Notes: generated from the letters alone by a model not told the origin. Positions 17,058 through 25,630 are shown, counted from the first letter of the stretch. The stretch is 27,382 nt of DNA from an uncultured archaeon (GCA_964392445.1 CAYMPD010000015.1:1-27382); one strand, 5' to 3'. A program made the numbers and translations.

Positions 17058-18071
17058 ATGATTGCAGCAACAGGAATTATCAGTGGGTTATTTGTAGGGT
17101 TGATTTTCGGGTTTGTGTTACAGAGAGGAAGATTCTGCATGAATTCAGCATTCCGAGACCCATTGGTATTCAAAGATTTTACCCTCTTAAAGGCAGTAGC
17201 ATTAGCATTGATTATCCAGATGATTGGATTTCATTTCCTTTCATATTTAGGAATTATAACCCTTGCTCCAAAAACATTCTATCTGATTGGTGCTATTACT
17301 GGAGGATTTATATTTGGGATTGGCATGGTGATTGCAGGAGGTTGCGCTAGTGGTACAGCCTATCGAGTGGGGGAAGGTATGGTAAGCTCTATGCTGGCTT
17401 TGTTTTCATTTGCATCAACTGCTTTCTTTTTTAAGGATGGATTCTTGTCAAATATTACAGAATCTATTTATCAATTTGATTTAGGGAAAATAACTTTAGC
17501 ATCCTTGACAGGGGTTCCAAACTGGATTTTTGTCATTATATTTTCAGTAATCGGATTTTACTTTCTATTCAGGAAAAGGGAGCATGCTACTGAAAAAAAT
17601 AAGTCTTTTTTTGAAAAGATGTTTAAGACAGGATGGACGTGGAAGGTTACAGGGACAATCATAGGACTCATAGGGATAGCTGGTTTTGTTGCTTCTGCTT
17701 TTACGGGCAGAAATTATCCTTTAGGCATCACTATGGGGTTTGAAACAATCGTAAAATCAATTGCTACAGGAAGAAACTTTCTGACATGGGAATCTTTTGA
17801 AGTCATTGGCTTAATATTTGGGGCTTTTATTGCAGCATTGATAGCCAATGAGTTTAAAATAAGAATACCTCCAATAAAGATGGGCATGCAAGCATTTTTT
17901 GGAGGAATATTACTTGGTGTGGGTGCTGTGATTGCTGACGGATGCAACATAGGACATATCTTGAGCGGAGTTCCGCAGTTGGCTATAAGTAGCATTGTTG
18001 CAGGAACATTCATCGTGATTGGGGCCTGGAGCACTGCATATTTTATGTTTATGAGAGGTGAAAAACAATGA
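17058..18071 (+). CDS. yeeE: YeeE/YedE-family sulfur-compound (thiosulfate) transporter
   Basis: QRGRFCMNSAFRD, GMVIAGGCASG and DGCNIGH: the three conserved Cys loops; multi-TM. Confidence 0.92.
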   Translation: MIAATGIISGLFVGLIFGFVLQRGRFCMNSAFRDPLVFKDFTLLKAVALALIIQMIGFHFLSYLGIITLAPKTFYLIGAITGGFIFGIGMVIAGGCASGTAYRVGEGMVSSMLALFSFASTAFFFKDGFLSNITESIYQFDLGKITLASLTGVPNWIFVIIFSVIGFYFLFRKREHATEKNKSFFEKMFKTGWTWKVTGTIIGLIGIAGFVASAFTGRNYPLGITMGFETIVKSIATGRNFLTWESFEVIGLIFGAFIAALIANEFKIRIPPIKMGMQAFFGGILLGVGAVIADGCNIGHILSGVPQLAISSIVAGTFIVIGAWSTAYFMFMRGEKQ

Positions 18072-18412
18072 AACTAGGATTGATGCTTATAAGACCACCG
18101 TACACTTATCAGGATCTTGATACAGCTTATCATTTAACAAAGGCAGCATTGGAAAAGAATCATGAAGTCAAAATTTTTCTTTACGTTGACAGCGTAATTG
18201 TAGCAAACAAAGAGATAAACTCTGGTAGCGAAAGAAATCTTGCAAAAAAGTTCGGTGAATTGACAAAATTGGGTGTTGAAGTAAAGATCTGCGGTGTCTG
18301 CGTCCAATACAGAGGTATTAAAAGAAGCCAGCTTATAGAAAAGGGAGAGCTTGAAGGCCTCCCGGGGCTCGCAGATTTAATCAAGGAATGCGACAAATTC
18401 GTAAGTATATGA
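18068..18412 (+). CDS. dsrE: DsrE/TusD-like sulfurtransferase
   Basis: RPPY, KIFLYVDSV, KICGVCVQYRG and LIKECDKFVS. Confidence 0.85.
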   Translation: MKLGLMLIRPPYTYQDLDTAYHLTKAALEKNHEVKIFLYVDSVIVANKEINSGSERNLAKKFGELTKLGVEVKICGVCVQYRGIKRSQLIEKGELEGLPGLADLIKECDKFVSI

Positions 18413-18421
18413 GGTGTTAAA

Positions 18422-18772
18422 ATGAAAAAAGTGCTATTAATAGTTAATAGGGCTCCTTTTGGAAGCGTTTTTGCGGCAGAGGCGCTGAGGGCAGGCATTG
18501 CTTTTGCAGGCATGGACTTAGAGACAAAGCTCCTTTTTGCAGACGATGGGGTGTTTTGCCTTTTAAAAGACCAGCATCCAGAAATTGCTCAAATGACCAG
18601 CTTGGGAGAAGGATTTAGCAATGCTGGGGAGTTCGGGCTGAAAATATTTGCCGATACAGAGTCCATATCTGAAAGGAATCTTAAAAATGATAGCTTGATT
18701 GAGGTGAAACAAGTAACCAAGCAACATATAAGGGACTTCATTGATGAGGCTGAAGCAATCATTAATTTTTGA
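18422..18772 (+). CDS. dsrF: DsrF/TusC-like protein
   Basis: RAPFGS...EALR, FADDGVFCLLKDQ and DTESISERNL. Confidence 0.85.
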   Translation: MKKVLLIVNRAPFGSVFAAEALRAGIAFAGMDLETKLLFADDGVFCLLKDQHPEIAQMTSLGEGFSNAGEFGLKIFADTESISERNLKNDSLIEVKQVTKQHIRDFIDEAEAIINF

Positions 18773-18782
18773 GGTGAAAAAA

Positions 18783-19058
18783 ATGGTATTATTCATAATA
18801 AAAGAATCTTTGCTGAGAGGAGAACCCAGCATGATTAAGTATTTGAATCCTAAAGACAAGGTGTTGCTGATACAGGACGGGGTGCTGATATTGAATAGGA
18901 GCGATTCGGGCATTCAATTTCTCAAAGAAAAAGAGGCTGAAGTATTGGCATTGAAAGAAGACCTGGAGCTTCGAGGAATCCAGAATAATGCAGGGGTCAA
19001 ACTTATTGATTATCAGGGTTTTGTTGAATTGATTGAAAATGAGAAGGTGTTTTCTTGA
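18783..19058 (+). CDS. dsrH: DsrH/TusB-like protein
   Basis: DKVLLIQDGV, ALKEDLELRG and IDYQGFVELI; start moved to ATG 18783 behind a GAGGTG RBS. Confidence 0.88.
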   Translation: MVLFIIKESLLRGEPSMIKYLNPKDKVLLIQDGVLILNRSDSGIQFLKEKEAEVLALKEDLELRGIQNNAGVKLIDYQGFVELIENEKVFS

Positions 19059-19900
19059 AGATGTCTGCGCTAGAAAACATTCAGATTCCTGAATATGATA
19101 GAACAGAATATGTGAAAACTAAAAAGATGATAGAACAAAATAATTTGACAACTGTGTGTATTGAGGCAAACTGCCCCAACAGATACGAATGTTTTTCAAA
19201 AAAGACTGCTACATTTATGATATTGGGGGATACATGTACAAGAAACTGTCTTTACTGCAACGTCAAAAGCGGTATGCCAAGAAAGGTTGATACTAATGAG
19301 CCAGTAAGAATCGCTAAAGTAATTAAGAAAATGAATTTAAAATATGCAGTAATTACTTGTGTTACAAGGGATGATCTTCCTGACGGTGGAGCAGGACAGT
19401 TCGTCAATATAATAAAAGAAATCAGGAAGTTAAACCCTAATTGCAGAATTGAAGTGCTAATTTCCGATCTTAAAGGAGACTGGAATTCACTGGAAGAAAT
19501 AATCGATGAAAAGCCAGATGTATTAAACCACAACATAGAAACTGTAAGGGGATTGTTCCCTGAATTAAGGCCAGAGGGAGATTACAATACTTCCATGAAA
19601 TTGTTAAAAAAAGCAAAAGAATTTAGTTCGGGTCTAATAACAAAGTCAGGATTTATGCTGGGATTTGGAGAGACTGGAGCGCAAATAACAGAAACCCTGA
19701 AAGACCTGAAGAAAGTTCAATGCGATATCGTTACAGTCGGCCAGTATCTGCAGCCAAGCGAAAAAGAATTTCAAATGAAGAAGCAGTATACAACCGAGGA
19801 ATTCAAAGAGATTGAAGAAAAAGCCAAAGAATTGGGAATAAAACGGGTTGTTTCAGGCCCGTTGGTAAGAAGCTCTTATAAGGCAGGGGATGTTATATGA
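19055..19900 (+). CDS. lipA: Lipoyl synthase (start TTG 19055 or ATG 19061)
   Basis: CIEANCPNRYEC (CX4CX5C), CTRNCLYC (CX3CX2C), RDDLPDGGA, NHNIETV, GQYLQP and RSSY. Confidence 0.97.
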   Translation: MKMSALENIQIPEYDRTEYVKTKKMIEQNNLTTVCIEANCPNRYECFSKKTATFMILGDTCTRNCLYCNVKSGMPRKVDTNEPVRIAKVIKKMNLKYAVITCVTRDDLPDGGAGQFVNIIKEIRKLNPNCRIEVLISDLKGDWNSLEEIIDEKPDVLNHNIETVRGLFPELRPEGDYNTSMKLLKKAKEFSSGLITKSGFMLGFGETGAQITETLKDLKKVQCDIVTVGQYLQPSEKEFQMKKQYTTEEFKEIEEKAKELGIKRVVSGPLVRSSYKAGDVI

Positions 19901-20343
19901 AGATGTTAAATATTTACAAATTCTTTTCTCTGGCCTTGATGCTTGCTGGCGTGGTATATATTTCTGGGTGCATTCAGAATACAGGTACATATGGAAACGG
20001 AACTCTTGGCATTGAAATCGCCATGCTCACAACGGATAAAAACACCTACGGTTCCCATGAGGACATGAAGGTTTCTGTCCTTATCAGGAGTTCAAAAAGC
20101 TTTGAAAATGTGACCGTAAGTCTGTCCGGAATAAAGCCGTATAACCACGCTTATGTAAAAGAATCAAAAATCGTGAATCTCTTCCAAGGCGAGAATGAGA
20201 TAGTGTTTTATGTAAAAACGCCTTACTGTACTTCTGGCTGCGGGGGCGTCTATCCCGGTCCATATGACATTAACGCGGAAATACTGATAAATGGAGAGCA
20301 GGTCGCCAATTCCAGTACAAAAGTAAACCTAGTAGGTGATTAA
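19897..20343 (+). CDS. Predicted lipoprotein with a beta-sandwich-like domain and a CxxxC motif
   Basis: Hydrophobic signal ending in SGC lipobox; PYCTSGCGG; sequons NGT, NVT and NSS; overlaps the lipA stop (ATGA). Confidence 0.7.
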   Translation: MKMLNIYKFFSLALMLAGVVYISGCIQNTGTYGNGTLGIEIAMLTTDKNTYGSHEDMKVSVLIRSSKSFENVTVSLSGIKPYNHAYVKESKIVNLFQGENEIVFYVKTPYCTSGCGGVYPGPYDINAEILINGEQVANSSTKVNLVGD

Positions 20344-20357
20344 TAGGGGTATAGAAA

Positions 20358-21113
20358 ATGAATGAATGGAGATTACTAAAATTAAGAGAGGACAGCGGGG
20401 CGATGCAGATGGCAATAGATGAGGCTATACTTATTGCACGATCAAAAAACTCAGTTCCAAATACTTTGAGATTTTTTACGTGGAATCCTCCGTGCTTGAC
20501 AATTGGTTATTTCCAGTCTCTTCAGAAGGAAGTTGATGTCAAAAATGCAGAAAGGCAGGGAGTGGATATAGTGAGAAGATATACTGGTGGAGGGGCAGTT
20601 TTTCATGATAAGGAACTGACATATTCATTAGCAATCTCTGAGGATAATGTTCCGCAGGATATTGTTGCATCATATCAGAAAATATGTTCTGCCATAATAA
20701 ATGGTTTGAAGAATTTGAATATCAATTCTAAGTTTAAACAGATAAATGATATAGTCGTCAATGGAAAAAAAATTTCTGGGAGTGCTCAGACAAGAAAAGA
20801 AGGTGTTGTCTTGCAGCACGGAACCATTCTTATTGATTTGGATATAAAGAAGATGTTTTCTCTTCTAAAAGTTCCAGATGAAAAGATAAAAGATAAGATG
20901 ATAAAGAGTGTTGAAGAAAGGGTAACTTCATTGAAGAAAGAACTTGGTAGAAACGTAACGCTTGAAGAGCTCAAGAAATCATTAAGAAGTGGATTTGAAC
21001 AAATTTTTGATATAGAATTTGTAGGTGGAGAATTGACTTCTAAAGAAATTAAGACTGCGGAAAGATTATATGAAGAAAAATACTCAACAAAAGGGTGGAA
21101 TCATTGGCGATGA
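20358..21113 (+). CDS. lplA: Lipoate-protein ligase catalytic subunit
   Basis: QMAIDEAIL, LRFFTW, RRYTGGGAVFHD, NDIVVNGKKISGSAQ and LQHGT. Confidence 0.93.
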   Translation: MNEWRLLKLREDSGAMQMAIDEAILIARSKNSVPNTLRFFTWNPPCLTIGYFQSLQKEVDVKNAERQGVDIVRRYTGGGAVFHDKELTYSLAISEDNVPQDIVASYQKICSAIINGLKNLNINSKFKQINDIVVNGKKISGSAQTRKEGVVLQHGTILIDLDIKKMFSLLKVPDEKIKDKMIKSVEERVTSLKKELGRNVTLEELKKSLRSGFEQIFDIEFVGGELTSKEIKTAERLYEEKYSTKGWNHWR

Positions 21114-21394
21114 AAAAGCATATTGATTATAAGGTACCAAATGGAAAACTAATACGAGTTGATTTAGAATTAGAGAATAACATAATAGAAAAAATAAAAA
21201 TTACTGGAGATTTTTTTATTCATCCTGAAGAATCAATAATACTCATAGAAAATTCCTTGAAAGGAACCAATGTTAAAGATTGTGGTAAAACTATAAGAAA
21301 AGTCATTGGACTCAACAAAATAAAACTCATTGGACTATCAGAAAGAGATTTAGAAATAGTATTAACGAATGTTTCTGAGGACGATATGAAGTGA
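21110..21394 (+). CDS. lplB: Lipoate-protein ligase accessory (C-terminal domain) subunit
   Basis: YKVPNGKLIRV and IKITGDFFIHPEE; ATG 21110 overlaps the lplA stop. Confidence 0.88.
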   Translation: MKKHIDYKVPNGKLIRVDLELENNIIEKIKITGDFFIHPEESIILIENSLKGTNVKDCGKTIRKVIGLNKIKLIGLSERDLEIVLTNVSEDDMK

Positions 21395-24081
21395 AATGGC
21401 ACAGTCTACCTAAAGAAAAAGTGATTAAACAACTTAATACAGATTCTGATAATGGTTTAAGTGATAGTGAAGTAAGGGAAAGAATCAGCAAGTATGGTAA
21501 GAATAGAATTGATAAGGAAAAACACTCGTCCAAGTTACAAATATTTTTTAGGCAGTTTAAATCTCCTTTGATTTACATTCTTATTATAGTTGCTGTTATC
21601 GTATTTTTTCTGGAAGATTATCCGAGGAGCTTACTTGAAAGTGGATTTATACTAGCTTCGGTCTTGATAAATTCTATGTTTGGGTTTTGGGAGGAGAACA
21701 AAGCGTCTAGGACCTTTGAAAAACTCAAAGAAATACTTAAAACAGAGACAATAGTCATTAGAAATGGAAATAAGAGGGTTGTTCTTCAGGAAGAAATCGT
21801 ACCAGGAGATATAATTGTTTTAAGTTCCGGAGACAAAGTACCTGCTGATGGGAGATTAATAGAAGTACAGGATCTTAAAATTTCTGAGGCAGTTTTGACT
21901 GGTGAATGGCTCCCTACTGGGAAGATAGTCGATCCTTTACACGAGAATACAGCACTAGCTGAACGGGATAACATGGTTTATGCAGGATGTTTAGTAAAAG
22001 GGGGAGAAGGAAAATTTGTTGTTACGGCTACAGGAACGAACATGGAAACAGGTAAAATTGCGGATATGGTTGATAAAACAAAAGAAGAAAAAACACCTCT
22101 TCAAAAGAAAATATCTAGTTTCAGTCAGATAACTGGTATTGCTATTCTGGTAATCACCATCTTAATTTTTATCGGTGGTTTAATACGTGGAAATGATCTT
22201 GTTGAGATGTTTGAGACAGCTTCTGCTATCGCTGTGGGGGGTATACCTGAAGCTTTACCTATAATCATGACTTTAACTTTGGCAATAGGAATGGAAAGAT
22301 TGTCAAAAAAACAGGGATTAATTAGGCGACTTTCTTCTGTGGAAACTTTGGGCTCTACTACAGTGATATGTTGTGACAAGACAAAAACACTTACCCTGGG
22401 TGAGATGGAACCTCACAAAGTTGTCACCTTGGAAAATAATTTTACGGTGGATAAAGAAGTCAATAGTCAAGTTTATCTTTCAGTTGTTAGAACAGCCACC
22501 CTCTGCAATGAAGCTTTTGTTGAAAATCCAGAAAAAACTCCTGAAAAGTGGAAAATAAGAGGTACACCCACTGATAAAGCTCTATTTTTAAGTGGACTTA
22601 GGTCAGGAATTATAAAATCGGAATTGGAAGAAGAATTCTCTTTGGTTAAACGAGTTTCATTTGATTCTTCATTGAGATATCAGGCTGGTTTGTATGAGAA
22701 AAACGGTAAAACATTTTTGTATGTAGCTGGGGCACCCAAAGAAATCATAAAAAATTCGGGTTTTGTAAAATTAGAGAAGGAGACCAAAAAAATCAACTCT
22801 AAAGTCTCTAAGAAATTAGATTCAAAAGTTGATAATTTGACTGAAAAAGGAGAAAGAGTGATAGCATTCGGGTACAGACAAATTAAAAAATCTGAAATGG
22901 GTAAAGACCCAAAAGAATTGGTAGATGAACTTACTTTTACGGGTTTTCTTAGTATAAAAGATCCTTTAAGAAAGGATGTTAAAAAAGCTCTAAAGACGGC
23001 TAAACAGGCTGGATTGAGATTGATAATCATAACTGGTGATCACAAAAAGACGGCTAAATCTGTTGCCGAAGAATTGGGGATGCTAATAAAAGAAGAAAAT
23101 ATCCTTGAGGGAAGTCAATTAGATGAAATGTCTGATCAGGAGTTTGTGGGTATCGTGGAGAAAATAAAAATTTATGCTAGGGCAGAACCTAGACACAAAA
23201 TGAGAATAGTAGATGCTTGGCAGGATAAAGGTGAAGTTGTGGCTATGACTGGAGATGGTGTGAATGATGCCCCTGCATTGAAAAAGGCTGATATAGGAAT
23301 TGCCGTTGGTTCTGGGACTGAAGTGGCAAAGCAAACATCTGATCTGGTTTTACTGAACGACAGTTTTGACATTATTGTTAAGGCGGTAGAAGAAGGTAGA
23401 ACAATATTAAACAATCTGAGAAAAGCGATTAGTTATGTAATGGCAGATTCATTTACTACTGTGGTTTTGGTTGGGAGCAGCTTAATAGCTGGACTACCTT
23501 TACCCATATTATGGACACAAATACTTTGGAATAATGTTGTTGAGGATACATTACCAAATATTGCGTTTGCTTTCGAATCGAAAGAAAAAGATACTATGAA
23601 AAGAAAACCAACATCTAGGAAAAATTCGATACTTACAAAAGAGATGAAAGTGCTTATATTTGCTACTGGTCTGATAGATCAGATATTAGCTTTAGCACTT
23701 TTCTGGATTCTTTGGGGGAAATTAGGTTTAAATCTCAAATATGCAAGAACAATGACTTTTGGTGCTATTTGTATAGATACAGCTTTTGTAATTTATTCTT
23801 ATAAAAACCTGAAAAGGAATATTTGGGAAATTGATCTTTTTGATAATAGATTATTACTTTTATCTTCGTTATTAGTTCTGTTATTTTTTGCAGGGGCTGT
23901 CTATTTGTCCATATTTCAAAATTTACTTCAAACAGTGCCTTTGGGTTTGAGGGATTGGCTTATCCTGATAGTGATGGCTATAGTATCTACGCTATTGATT
24001 GAAGTTACTAAGTGGTTTTTTATTACCAAAAATAGGAAAGAGTATAGAAGAATCGAAGATAAAGAAGATTTATTTGCCTAG
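21391..24081 (+). CDS. Type II P-type cation ATPase with atypical motifs
   Basis: Full-length A/N/P/TM architecture; TGEW, PEAL, DKTKT, TGDH and GDGVNDAPALKKAD; GTG start overlaps the lplB stop. Confidence 0.9.
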   Translation: MKWHSLPKEKVIKQLNTDSDNGLSDSEVRERISKYGKNRIDKEKHSSKLQIFFRQFKSPLIYILIIVAVIVFFLEDYPRSLLESGFILASVLINSMFGFWEENKASRTFEKLKEILKTETIVIRNGNKRVVLQEEIVPGDIIVLSSGDKVPADGRLIEVQDLKISEAVLTGEWLPTGKIVDPLHENTALAERDNMVYAGCLVKGGEGKFVVTATGTNMETGKIADMVDKTKEEKTPLQKKISSFSQITGIAILVITILIFIGGLIRGNDLVEMFETASAIAVGGIPEALPIIMTLTLAIGMERLSKKQGLIRRLSSVETLGSTTVICCDKTKTLTLGEMEPHKVVTLENNFTVDKEVNSQVYLSVVRTATLCNEAFVENPEKTPEKWKIRGTPTDKALFLSGLRSGIIKSELEEEFSLVKRVSFDSSLRYQAGLYEKNGKTFLYVAGAPKEIIKNSGFVKLEKETKKINSKVSKKLDSKVDNLTEKGERVIAFGYRQIKKSEMGKDPKELVDELTFTGFLSIKDPLRKDVKKALKTAKQAGLRLIIITGDHKKTAKSVAEELGMLIKEENILEGSQLDEMSDQEFVGIVEKIKIYARAEPRHKMRIVDAWQDKGEVVAMTGDGVNDAPALKKADIGIAVGSGTEVAKQTSDLVLLNDSFDIIVKAVEEGRTILNNLRKAISYVMADSFTTVVLVGSSLIAGLPLPILWTQILWNNVVEDTLPNIAFAFESKEKDTMKRKPTSRKNSILTKEMKVLIFATGLIDQILALALFWILWGKLGLNLKYARTMTFGAICIDTAFVIYSYKNLKRNIWEIDLFDNRLLLLSSLLVLLFFAGAVYLSIFQNLLQTVPLGLRDWLILIVMAIVSTLLIEVTKWFFITKNRKEYRRIEDKEDLFA

Positions 24082-24209
24082 AAATAGATATATAATGGTT
24101 AAAAGTGAGTCAAGAAAATAAATGAAAATGTCAGGGGATTTGGGAATCCATTCGGAAAGGTATAAAAGAGAAAAATTCCAAAGTAATTGTGTTGTTGTTA
24201 GGTGATGAA

Positions 24210-24680
24210 ATGAGTGAAATGGAGGTAAAGATTAACAAAAAGTTATTTATAGGCATTGTAATAGGTATTTTAATTCTGGTATTTTTCATCCCCAAGTATT
24301 TGACAAAATCAGGATCGATGGTGGAAGTTGCAAGTAACAGCAATGTTGAGAAAGTTGAGATATACCATTTTCATGGTACTCACCAATGCTATTCTTGCAT
24401 AACTGTGGGGGCATATGCCGAAGAGACCATCAATACTTATTTCACTGACGAGCTGAAATCTGGAAGAATAGTTTTTGACCATATCAATGGTGAACTACCT
24501 GAAAACGGTGATCTTGTAAAAAAGTACGGCGCAACGGGTTCTTCTCTCTGGATAGGTGTTTACGATGAGAATGGATTTCATGCAGAAGAAAACACAAATG
24601 TTTGGTACAAAATAAATGACAAAGACGACTATATGCAGTACCTGAAAGGGGTAATCGAAAAGAAGTTGGAGGGTAATTAG
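24210..24680 (+). CDS. arsF: ArsF-family thioredoxin-fold protein (membrane-anchored, CxxC)
   Basis: TM, then VEIYHFHGTHQCYSC; GGTGA RBS supports ATG 24210. Confidence 0.72.
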   Translation: MSEMEVKINKKLFIGIVIGILILVFFIPKYLTKSGSMVEVASNSNVEKVEIYHFHGTHQCYSCITVGAYAEETINTYFTDELKSGRIVFDHINGELPENGDLVKKYGATGSSLWIGVYDENGFHAEENTNVWYKINDKDDYMQYLKGVIEKKLEGN

Positions 24681-25391
24681 ATGGGGATAATGGGTTTTAT
24701 GGAAGCTATGGGAACACACAATTTTCCATTGATTGCGGCTTTTTTTATAGGATTGATGACAGCTATTAGCCCGTGCCCAATGGCTACAAACATAACAGCG
24801 ATTGCTTATGTATCCAAAAAGCTGGACAAGGAAAAGAAAACTTTGCTTGTTGGATTGAGTTATACACTAGGAAGGATGTTGACATATATTCTGATTGCAT
24901 CAACCATAGTTTATATCGGCGTAAATGTACAGACTATATCTTTATTCCTACAAAAATATGGGGAAAAAGCACTGGGTCCGCTCTTGATTTTCTTTGGTGT
25001 CGTAATGCTGGATATAATTAAAATTAATATTGGCAAAAAGAGTGAAAGGATTGAAATGCTAAAGGAGAAGTTATCAGAAAAAGGTTATGTTGGAAGTTTT
25101 CTTTTGGGAGTTATCTTTGCACTGGCTTTCTGTCCGTTCAGTGGTGTGTTATTCTTTGGGATGTTAATTCCACTTGCACTAAAATTTTCTGACGGTTTAT
25201 TAATTCCTTCTGTATTTGCGTTTGCTACAGGGCTGCCCGTGATAATCTTTTCATTTATATTGGTCTATAGCATATCAAAGTTAGGTACTATAATGGATAA
25301 GGTTCAGAGAGTTGAAAGATGGACAAGAATTTCTGTTTCCATAATTTTTATTTTGGTTGGGATTTATTATATAGTGAAGCTGTTTTTGTGA
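24681..25391 (+). CDS. arsG: ArsG/CcdA-like membrane protein
   Basis: GLMTAISPCPMATN, YTLGR and LAFCPFSGVLFFG; follows arsF with zero gap. Confidence 0.75.
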   Translation: MGIMGFMEAMGTHNFPLIAAFFIGLMTAISPCPMATNITAIAYVSKKLDKEKKTLLVGLSYTLGRMLTYILIASTIVYIGVNVQTISLFLQKYGEKALGPLLIFFGVVMLDIIKINIGKKSERIEMLKEKLSEKGYVGSFLLGVIFALAFCPFSGVLFFGMLIPLALKFSDGLLIPSVFAFATGLPVIIFSFILVYSISKLGTIMDKVQRVERWTRISVSIIFILVGIYYIVKLFL

Positions 25392-25499
25392 ATAATAGGT
25401 GGTTTTATGACTCCACCTGCTGTATCAGTAAATGGGAAAATTGTAACTCATGGTAAGATACCAACCAAAGAGGAGATATTGGAAGTACTTGAAAAGTAA
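25392..25499 (+). pseudogene. C-terminal remnant of a thioredoxin_3-type gene (not in the ORF track)
   Basis: Translates IIGGFMTPPAVSVNGKIVTHGKIPTKEEILEVLEK*, matching YGIMSSPALVVDGKVKVSGRVPDVDEIKK of 11969-12199; the CxxC half is absent. Confidence 0.75.
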
Positions 25500-25590
25500 A
25501 AATGGAATTATTTACTTCTAATAACTTTTACAATTCCCAACATCATTTCTTGAGGAAATTAGTCGTAGTTTCTACCAGTTTAAGTAAAAA

Positions 25591-25610
25591 ATATAAGAAT
25601 ATTCTTATTT
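25591..25610 (+). promoter_or_regulatory. Palindromic operator candidate upstream of the trmO-like gene
   Basis: Perfect 16-bp palindrome ATAAGAAT-ATTCTTAT (25593-25608), 22 nt before ATG 25631. Confidence 0.55.
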
Positions 25611-25630
25611 TTACAAAGCGAATACCATTC

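Noticed and set aside
6970-23310. Nucleotide similarity between the two P-ATPase genes around GDGVNDAPALKKAD
   Set aside because: Differences fall at synonymous sites, so this is protein-motif conservation and not a DNA repeat.
146-23414. Numerous antisense or overlapping ORFs in the track (e.g. 146-373, 2004-2588, 5767-6069, 11205-11690, 14746-15180, 17714-18034, 22680-23030)
   Set aside because: They lie wholly within well-supported genes on another strand or frame, have no motifs, and look like codon-bias shadows.
24123-24125. TGA as possible selenocysteine in K-TGA-K-C; also read-through at 24678 and 25389
   Set aside because: The spacing does not give UxxC, I saw no SECIS-like hairpin or start codon, and in-frame abutting genes arise easily by chance.
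25502-25630. 43-aa N-terminal extension of TrmO (and longer starts at 11948, 14093, 15888, 18741, 21095, 24189)
   Set aside because: RBS/TATA positions and family N-termini point to the downstream starts, and the TrmO extension overlaps a promoter-like palindrome.
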